The notes below the pieces were generated by a model. It saw nothing but the letters and a program-made list of their open reading frames with translations, did not search any database and was not told the DNA's origin. DNA of 20,000 nt from an uncultured virus (IMG/VR IMGVR_UViG_3300021407_000014) (Duplodnaviria; Heunggongvirae; Uroviricota; Caudoviricetes). The position numbers and the translations under genes are program-made. The number at the start of each line of letters is the position of its first letter. The stretch's first letter is position 1. The stretch lies in the IMG/VR virus record IMGVR_UViG_3300021407_000014; one strand, 5' to 3'. This document shows, piece by piece, positions 14,585 through 20,000 of the stretch.

Positions 14585-15130
14585 CTAGAGTAGCTCAATC
14601 GAACCTCCATGCACCGAGGTCTGGGTGATGTCCGTCGAATTGCCGGGCTGGATCGTGAAGTCGAGATTGTTGGCCACGGTCGTATTCACCGTGGCGGCGG
14701 CCGTGAGCCCGACTCCCGCTTGCACAACCGCTCCGGCCGGCCCTCCGGAGTAGCCGATTTGACCAAGCGCGCTTCCCGTGGCTCCCAGCGTGTAAATGGC
14801 CGCGTTGGTCTCGTACGACCATGGAACCGTCGTCTTCGCTGCTGCGGCCGTGGTGAGCGCCACGCTCGCGATGACGGCGTTCGAGCTTGCAGCGCCTCCC
14901 ACGCCGTTCACAGCGCCCGTTCCCATACGCAGGCGAAGCGTGAGCGTGCTCGCCGCCGCGATGTTCGTCGACACGCCCCAGAGCTTGACCCGCACGAGAC
15001 GTCCGGCTGTGAGATAGCCCACCGGGATCCCGGTGAACGAGATCCCGACGAGCTCCGAGGTGACCGCTCCGAACGAGGTGATCGCGAAGACGCGGGCAAG
15101 AACCCGAGGGACAGAAAGAAGCGCGCTCAC
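14585..15130 (-). CDS. Beta-rich putative virion structural protein (181 aa)
   Basis: Start re-assigned to GTG 15130, just after the upstream stop; alternating beta-strand pattern, Thr/Ala/Gly-rich. Confidence 0.7.
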   Translation of the reverse strand: MSALLSVPRVLARVFAITSFGAVTSELVGISFTGIPVGYLTAGRLVRVKLWGVSTNIAAASTLTLRLRMGTGAVNGVGGAASSNAVIASVALTTAAAAKTTVPWSYETNAAIYTLGATGSALGQIGYSGGPAGAVVQAGVGLTAAATVNTTVANNLDFTIQPGNSTDITQTSVHGGSIELL

Positions 15131-15134
15131 GCTT

Positions 15135-15950
15135 CTAGTTGTTCGGCAGCGAATACAGCACGACCATGGCTCCAACCCCCGCTGCTGGAGCACCCGCAAT
15201 CGTCGCGAGCAAGGCCGCTGCACTTGCACCGACCGACGTGTCCTGCATAACCTGGTAGAGGCCCGCGACCGTCGCTGTGTTATCGCCCGTCGCCATGAAG
15301 AGAGACGTGCTGCCCGTGATGCCGAGCGAAATAGTTGTGCCCGCAGAGTAGGGCGTCGTCACGTCGAGGCGCACGTCGTAGATGATGGCGTTCGCTGGAA
15401 TCTGCGTGGCGGAGTTCTGCGATGCTGCTGTCGTGAGCGCTGTTCGAATCATGTACGTCGCGCCCGCGACCGACGGCGCGATATCGAGCCATGCCGTACC
15501 GGTCCAGACGTACATCTGGTTGGCCGCGAGCGAGATGGTGCCGCCCGAGAATGCAGCCGTCGTGACGATCGTGTTGCCCGTCGCTGCGGGAATGACCGCC
15601 ACGTTCCCGACGCCCGAGCCATCGTCCCAGAGGAGCTGTCCGATCGACGCGTTCACTCCTGAGGTCGTGACGACGTACCACTGCTCGGTTCCCGTGTTCG
15701 CGGGGAGAGCACTTCCTCCGTTGAACTGGAGCGAGACCGGGATGGGCTTGTTCGCGGTCTTGTCGACGTAGGCCTTCGTCGTGAGATCGTTGTCCCCTAC
15801 CGGAGTCGCGCCGCGCATGACAACGAACGCGTTGTTGGCTGCGTTCTTCGCTTCGAGCAGGCCTCCGTTGTTGTTGATGCCGGGACCTGCGGGGCCACCG
15901 ATTTGAAAGAAGCTCGACGTGACGCCTGCGAGTTTGGAGAAGAGGCCCAT
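15135..15950 (-). CDS. Putative virion fibre/spike-base protein (271 aa)
   Basis: DLTTKAYVD fibre neck-like motif, MYVWTGTAW fibre motif, C-terminal beta-sandwich-like IPANAIIYDVRLDVTTPY...ISLG. Confidence 0.78.
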   Translation of the reverse strand: MGLFSKLAGVTSSFFQIGGPAGPGINNNGGLLEAKNAANNAFVVMRGATPVGDNDLTTKAYVDKTANKPIPVSLQFNGGSALPANTGTEQWYVVTTSGVNASIGQLLWDDGSGVGNVAVIPAATGNTIVTTAAFSGGTISLAANQMYVWTGTAWLDIAPSVAGATYMIRTALTTAASQNSATQIPANAIIYDVRLDVTTPYSAGTTISLGITGSTSLFMATGDNTATVAGLYQVMQDTSVGASAAALLATIAGAPAAGVGAMVVLYSLPNN

Positions 15951-15960
15951 GGTGGTTCCT

Positions 15961-16377
15961 TCACTTCAACTTGTAGAGGAGGTATCCGGAGCCCTGCGTA
16001 GACCCGGACGAATGAATCGTGAGCTGGAGAAAGTCCGCGGCGAGAAACGGAAACAGGTCCTCGGTCGTGTACTGCTGGCCGGGGAAAGAGATCACCGTGT
16101 CGTTGAGAGAGATGATCCCCGCGGGCGCCGCGGTCGTGCCGAGAGTCAAGAGCGCACCAGGACCGTTGAACGGCACCGTGATGGCAATCGTAACCCGGTT
16201 GAGGAGCTGCCCCGGCGTGACGGCTTGAAGTACGAGGGGCGAAGGTGTCGCGAACGTGAAGGGAACCTGCTCGACGGTTTCGACTGTAGGCGGTACAGGC
16301 CCGGCGCCCCCGCTACGTGAACGGGCAAGGGCCTCGTAGGCGACCAGCCGATTTGTCGCCCAGGATTCACGGCCCAT
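15961..16377 (-). CDS. Putative virion protein (138 aa) with the shared N-terminal motif and a beta-sandwich-like domain
   Basis: N-terminus NRLVAYEALARSRSGG; body resembles the C-domain of 15135-15950; SD AAGGAG. Confidence 0.8.
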   Translation of the reverse strand: MGRESWATNRLVAYEALARSRSGGAGPVPPTVETVEQVPFTFATPSPLVLQAVTPGQLLNRVTIAITVPFNGPGALLTLGTTAAPAGIISLNDTVISFPGQQYTTEDLFPFLAADFLQLTIHSSGSTQGSGYLLYKLK

Positions 16378-16406
16378 CGCTCCTTGGAGAGGAGCCTATC
16401 ACAAGC

Positions 16407-16616
16407 TCAGGTGCCTCGTGAGCGCCGTCGCCGTTGTGCTACTCCCCGAGCCTGACGAAGCTTCGCTGCCGCGGGCGCGAGGATCTCGCGCTCGATTCTT
16501 TCCAGTCCATCGTCGGCGAACTCGGCCGCCGCGTTCGTGAGCATCTCTCCCAGAGCTCGAACGAAGGGCGCGGCCTCCGGGGGCACGCGAGGAATCTTGA
16601 CGCGCACGCGGGGCAC
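16407..16616 (-). CDS. Small helical basic protein (69 aa)
   Basis: GTG 16616, 2 nt after the upstream stop; MPRVRVKIPRVPPEAAPFVRALGEMLTNAAAEFADDGLERIEREIL...RRRRSRGT. Confidence 0.6.
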   Translation of the reverse strand: MPRVRVKIPRVPPEAAPFVRALGEMLTNAAAEFADDGLERIEREILAPAAAKLRQARGVAQRRRRSRGT

Positions 16617-16618
16617 TT

Positions 16619-16963
16619 CTAGTGCCCTCTCACGATAGAGAGCCCCGCTTTGTCTGCGCGGCGGACCATCTTGAGCTGCTCGCTGTTCACGATGCAGTTG
16701 GTCAGCTCGGCCTTGTTGCCCGTGAACGCCTCGCAGTGGATCCAGATCGCTTCGGGAGGGATCACGAGCGAATCGACGATCCATGGGTAGACCGCCGTGA
16801 CAATCCTGGGCCGCACGCCCCTGCCGTCTGGCGTGGGTTCGGGAACCATCGGCATCTCGAGCCGATGAAGACTCTTGAGCGTGCTCCCGTCGCGCTTCCC
16901 CACGAGGAAGATGCCGTTGGTCGCTACGATCCACCAGTCCGATAGGTCGAAGGGCTCTGACAT
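16619..16963 (-). CDS. Hypothetical protein (114 aa)
   Basis: Start re-assigned to ATG 16963 (MSEPFDLSDWWIVATNG...), 7 nt downstream of a -10 box. Confidence 0.75.
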   Translation of the reverse strand: MSEPFDLSDWWIVATNGIFLVGKRDGSTLKSLHRLEMPMVPEPTPDGRGVRPRIVTAVYPWIVDSLVIPPEAIWIHCEAFTGNKAELTNCIVNSEQLKMVRRADKAGLSIVRGH

Positions 16964-16970
16964 GAGCCCT

Positions 16971-16999
16971 AACCTAAGCGCACTTCGCGCGTATTGCAA
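16971..16999 (-). promoter_or_regulatory. Promoter for a leaderless transcript; near copy of the 6787-6815 promoter
   Basis: Minus strand TTGCAA-N17(TACGCGCGAAGTGCGCT)-TAGGTT. Confidence 0.7.
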
Positions 17000-17010
17000 G
17001 GCTCGCAGAA

Positions 17011-17880
17011 CTAGGGGATGGGGTGCGTGTTCGTCGTGTTCGCGGCGATGCGATCCAGGGCCTGCTGGATAGTCTTAGGCGCGGTCCCGGCCCAGTTCCC
17101 AGGAACGGCGGGCGTGTAGAGGATGTTCGGCGCGCTGTCCGAGGGATCGTACTGGTTCGCGCCCGAGAAAAGAGCGCTCGCGAGAGGCGGCGTGGACCCG
17201 TCCGCTTCCCACGCAACGGTCGACGTCTCGACGCCGCCGATCTCGTTGCCGGTGACCAGGAACTCGAAGTGCTGCGCCGCGTCCTGGACGAAGAACCGTC
17301 CCGTGGCGTTCGCGCTGATCTGGATGACCGCGACCGTGGGCGCTAGCGAGTTGTCCAAGACACTCAGCCGCGAGGCCATCGAGAAGAGTCCCCCTCCGAA
17401 GGTCTGGAGAGCCGGGACGGTCGCGCCCGCGTCGAGCACGATGCTCGCAAAATCGTCCATCACGAAGAGGAAGTTGTTCTCGAACGAGAGAGCGTTGGTG
17501 GTCAGGCACTGGCAAGCGACCACGAGCCCCTCGAACTTGGCCCAATCGCTCAGCGTGGCGCCGTCCAGGATGGTCAGGACGTCTGCGCCCGCCACGTACG
17601 CCGACAGCTTCGCCGCTCCGAATCCGTCATATGTTCCCGGAGGTACCTGCGCAGCCGCGAGCGACGAGTCCACGTAGAGCGTCGTGGCTCCCTGGACGGA
17701 CTGAAGCGCAGCGAACGCCGACGCCCAAGTCGTGTACACGTTCCCACCCGCGACGCCTCCCGGACGGAAGATGATCCCGTCGGCCACTGCGCTCGAGGCG
17801 CCTCCGCCCCCGCGAGTACGCAGAAGGGCCTCGTCGGCGACCTGACGCGTGATGATGTTCCCTCGGAAGTCTCGGCTCAT
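17011..17880 (-). CDS. Spike/fibre-like protein (289 aa), probable beta-helix core
   Basis: N-terminal TRQVADEALLRTRGGGG; VYTTWASAFAAL...VPPGTY; C-terminal YTPAVPGNWAGTAPKTIQQALDRIAA; SD AGGAG. Confidence 0.82.
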   Translation of the reverse strand: MSRDFRGNIITRQVADEALLRTRGGGGASSAVADGIIFRPGGVAGGNVYTTWASAFAALQSVQGATTLYVDSSLAAAQVPPGTYDGFGAAKLSAYVAGADVLTILDGATLSDWAKFEGLVVACQCLTTNALSFENNFLFVMDDFASIVLDAGATVPALQTFGGGLFSMASRLSVLDNSLAPTVAVIQISANATGRFFVQDAAQHFEFLVTGNEIGGVETSTVAWEADGSTPPLASALFSGANQYDPSDSAPNILYTPAVPGNWAGTAPKTIQQALDRIAANTTNTHPIP

Positions 17881-17899
17881 GACTTTCTCCTACAGTGAA

Positions 17900-18913
17900 T
17901 CAGGGGATGGGGCCAATTTTGGCCGCGATGCGGTCCAGGGCGTTGCCTATGCTCGACGGGCCAACTCCGGACCAGTTGGCTAGGTTTGTCGGGTCGTACT
18001 GAATACCGTCGCCCGTAGTGCCCAGGGTGACGGATGCGCCTCCGGCAACGACAAAGCCCGACGGGAATCCGTCCGCCGTGGACGTGTACGAAGCATTTGC
18101 TCCGGTCACGAGTAAAGGACCGACAACACTGCCTCCGGCAGCATTCATGTCGCAGGCTCCGGCTCCGGGAGCAGAGATAGTCAGCTTCGCAAAATAGGTG
18201 CTCTCTGGCTCGGACGTCGCCGCGACTGCTCCGGCAGACTGAAGCGTCACGTCATTCGCAATAGACGTGTTGAACGGGAAGAAGTTGCAGGTCGTGAAGA
18301 CTGCTGTGTTCCCGTCGCAAATACATGAATCCAGCGTGAACGAGCAACTATCATCTACACCGGTAACAGTGAGATTTCCGCTGTACACGACTCCAACGTT
18401 GTCCACGAAACCAGGTGTCGCGCTGTACGTGAACGTGGAGTCTCCAAGAATGTTGAAATTGAGTAGTCCTGTTTGTCCGTTCGCTGGGAACGCCGGGTCC
18501 AGTGAGACACCGCCCGTGAGCGTCGTGGTGATGATGTCTGGGCCCTCGATGTACACGCCACTCTTTAGGACGATGCTCTCTGCGTAGGTTCCCGGTCCCA
18601 CCGTGACCACGTACAGCTTCGAGGGAGAAGCGTCCGTGATGCTTGCTTGCGCGGCTCCGATGGTCAAAAACGGAAGCCCGATGGTTCCGTTTCCCGTCGC
18701 ATCACTCCCGCCCTTGTTCACGTAGACGATCTGTGAGGCCACGGGACGCGGGCCCATCCTCGCGACCTGACTTCCGGTGCCGGGCCCCGCGGTGACTTCG
18801 CCCGTGAGCTGGTCGATTCCTCCGGCACCCCCGGCGCTCCGCGAACGAAGAAGGGCCTCGTCCGCGAGGCGGCGCGTGTTCTGGATCTGCCGGAAATCTC
18901 GCATGGTGGGCAC
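17900..18913 (-). CDS. Spike/fibre-like protein (337 aa) with pectin-lyase-like beta-helix
   Basis: VYVNKGGSDATGNGTIGLPFLTIGAA...VGPGTYAE beta-helix cap; shared N- and C-terminal motifs. The start may be ATG 18904. Confidence 0.85.
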   Translation of the reverse strand: MPTMRDFRQIQNTRRLADEALLRSRSAGGAGGIDQLTGEVTAGPGTGSQVARMGPRPVASQIVYVNKGGSDATGNGTIGLPFLTIGAAQASITDASPSKLYVVTVGPGTYAESIVLKSGVYIEGPDIITTTLTGGVSLDPAFPANGQTGLLNFNILGDSTFTYSATPGFVDNVGVVYSGNLTVTGVDDSCSFTLDSCICDGNTAVFTTCNFFPFNTSIANDVTLQSAGAVAATSEPESTYFAKLTISAPGAGACDMNAAGGSVVGPLLVTGANASYTSTADGFPSGFVVAGGASVTLGTTGDGIQYDPTNLANWSGVGPSSIGNALDRIAAKIGPIP

Positions 18914-19312
18914 CTACGCTCTCGCGTTCTCGCTCTTACCGTTAGTGCTTTCAGCGTGCTGGCGCGGGTCTTCGACCGGGGCCTCGAGCACCGCCTTCTC
19001 GAAGTCGAGTAGCTGAAGATGAATGAGGGGCGCGTACAGGACGGGTTCGCCGCTGGGATGGGCCGCAGGGACGTCGATGATGTTCTTCAGGATGGCCCAG
19101 TCCTGATCCTCGAGCTCGATCCAGTTCCCTGGCTCCCTGCCGAACTGAGGGTAGACCTTCATGAGCCGCGCGAGGTTCGTCTTCGGTTTCTCCCATCGCG
19201 TGTCGTTGAGCCAGAGGCTCAAGGCGAAATCGCGAAAGGTGACTGTGTCCCCCGTTGTCCCGCGGAAGCGGTCACGGAGCTGGATGGGCTGAGGAATTTG
19301 GACGTATCGCAT
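18914..19312 (-). CDS. Hypothetical protein (132 aa), possibly a fibre-associated chaperone
   Basis: Soluble, charged protein lying between fibre genes, with WIELEDQDWAILK and its own promoter. Function is inferred from position only. Confidence 0.75.
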   Translation of the reverse strand: MRYVQIPQPIQLRDRFRGTTGDTVTFRDFALSLWLNDTRWEKPKTNLARLMKVYPQFGREPGNWIELEDQDWAILKNIIDVPAAHPSGEPVLYAPLIHLQLLDFEKAVLEAPVEDPRQHAESTNGKSENARA

Positions 19313-19318
19313 GAAGTG

Positions 19319-19347
19319 AGCCTAGCGAACTTGGCGATTGAAATCAA
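19319..19347 (-). promoter_or_regulatory. Promoter for a leaderless transcript
   Basis: Minus strand TTGATT-N17-TAGGCT, 6 nt before ATG 19312. Confidence 0.68.
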
Positions 19348-19363
19348 CGTTCCGTCCCGGATC

Positions 19364-20000
19364 TTAGTTTACAGCGGCGTCCCATTCATATTGCCAGTCG
19401 ACAGTGAATCCGGCCGTCGAAATATTCCCGTTCATCGTTACCGTGACAGCAGCTCCAGAAGTTCCAAGAGCGGGCGCGCTCACGCCACCGAAACTGGCAG
19501 CATCATTGAACACGCCCACGCCATCCGCAAGAGCTCCGACGGTCACAGTTCCGGCGATATTTTTGAATCCGAAACGATACTTCAGAACGACCGTGTCTCC
19601 TACGGATCCACCTGCACCTGGCACCACACATCTACCAATAACAATAATAAGTACAGATCCAGATCCGTCTGGAACAGGAATGGTTGCCGTAAATGTATTT
19701 GTTGTTCCAGCTATGGTTTGACCAGCAGCTCTTTCTTTCTGGCTCGTCATGGCTTGCCCAGTAAGGGTGCCGAGCCCGTTGGCTGCCATGCTCGTAATGG
19801 CGCCTCCGCCTCCTAGAGCGACCAAGCCTTGCGCGAACCCGTTGGTGTTCGTGCGCGTGTAGAGAAAGACGCTCCCGGCCGTGGAGCTGTTGGGCAGGAT
19901 GTCGGATGTAGCGTTGAAGATCGAGATGATGCGGCGGAAAGGATAGGCGACCGTCGCGATGCTTTCAAAGAACGTGACCGCAGCGAGCGTTCCCTGGTCG
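19364..20000 (-). CDS. C-terminal part of a fibre/spike-like protein (start outside the window)
   Basis: Frame is open from 19999 (DQGTLAAVTFFESIATVAYPF...) into the ORF-track product; G/T/A/V-rich beta pattern; AT-richer 3' part. Confidence 0.75.
   Translation of the reverse strand, partial: DQGTLAAVTFFESIATVAYPFRRIISIFNATSDILPNSSTAGSVFLYTRTNTNGFAQGLVALGGGGAITSMAANGLGTLTGQAMTSQKERAAGQTIAGTTNTFTATIPVPDGSGSVLIIVIGRCVVPGAGGSVGDTVVLKYRFGFKNIAGTVTVGALADGVGVFNDAASFGGVSAPALGTSGAAVTVTMNGNISTAGFTVDWQYEWDAAVN

Noticed and set aside
15920..15950. MGLFSK as an N-myristoylation signal
   Set aside because: Promoters, SD sites and gene overlaps are bacterial, and no eukaryotic context is evident.

Overview
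GC-rich segment that reads as part of a bacterial virus or plasmid-like prophage. No major capsid, terminase or packaging ATPase gene lies in the window, so the virus class is inferred. Left (1-3930, minus strand): a probable early region of small orphan genes plus a Ycf46-like AAA+ ATPase operon. Five of its genes share an identical 11-nt start-associated sequence (GAAAGGACCAA), and its sigma70-type promoters carry a shared palindrome (CGCG-ATA-CGCG) in the spacer. A divergent intergenic region (~3930-4190) holds DnaA-box-like 9-mers and palindromes (candidate origin). Middle: a Cre-like tyrosine recombinase with an inverted repeat over its own promoter, a lower-GC orphan, and an operon of Zn-finger/tandem-wHTH protein, SLOG protein and RusA-like resolvase. 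Right (8456-20000, minus strand): a probable virion module. Its most striking element is a run of seven adjacent paralogous small single-pass membrane proteins, several with an Arg-rich leader ending in R-x-N-P and two with extra N-terminal domains, followed by a two-helix membrane protein and a CX5R phosphatase. The module also has four spike/fibre-like proteins sharing an N-terminal R-x-x-A-x-E-A-[LM]-x-R motif, two of which share a C-terminal ALDRIAA..PIP motif around different cores. Several genes appear to be transcribed as leaderless mRNAs.
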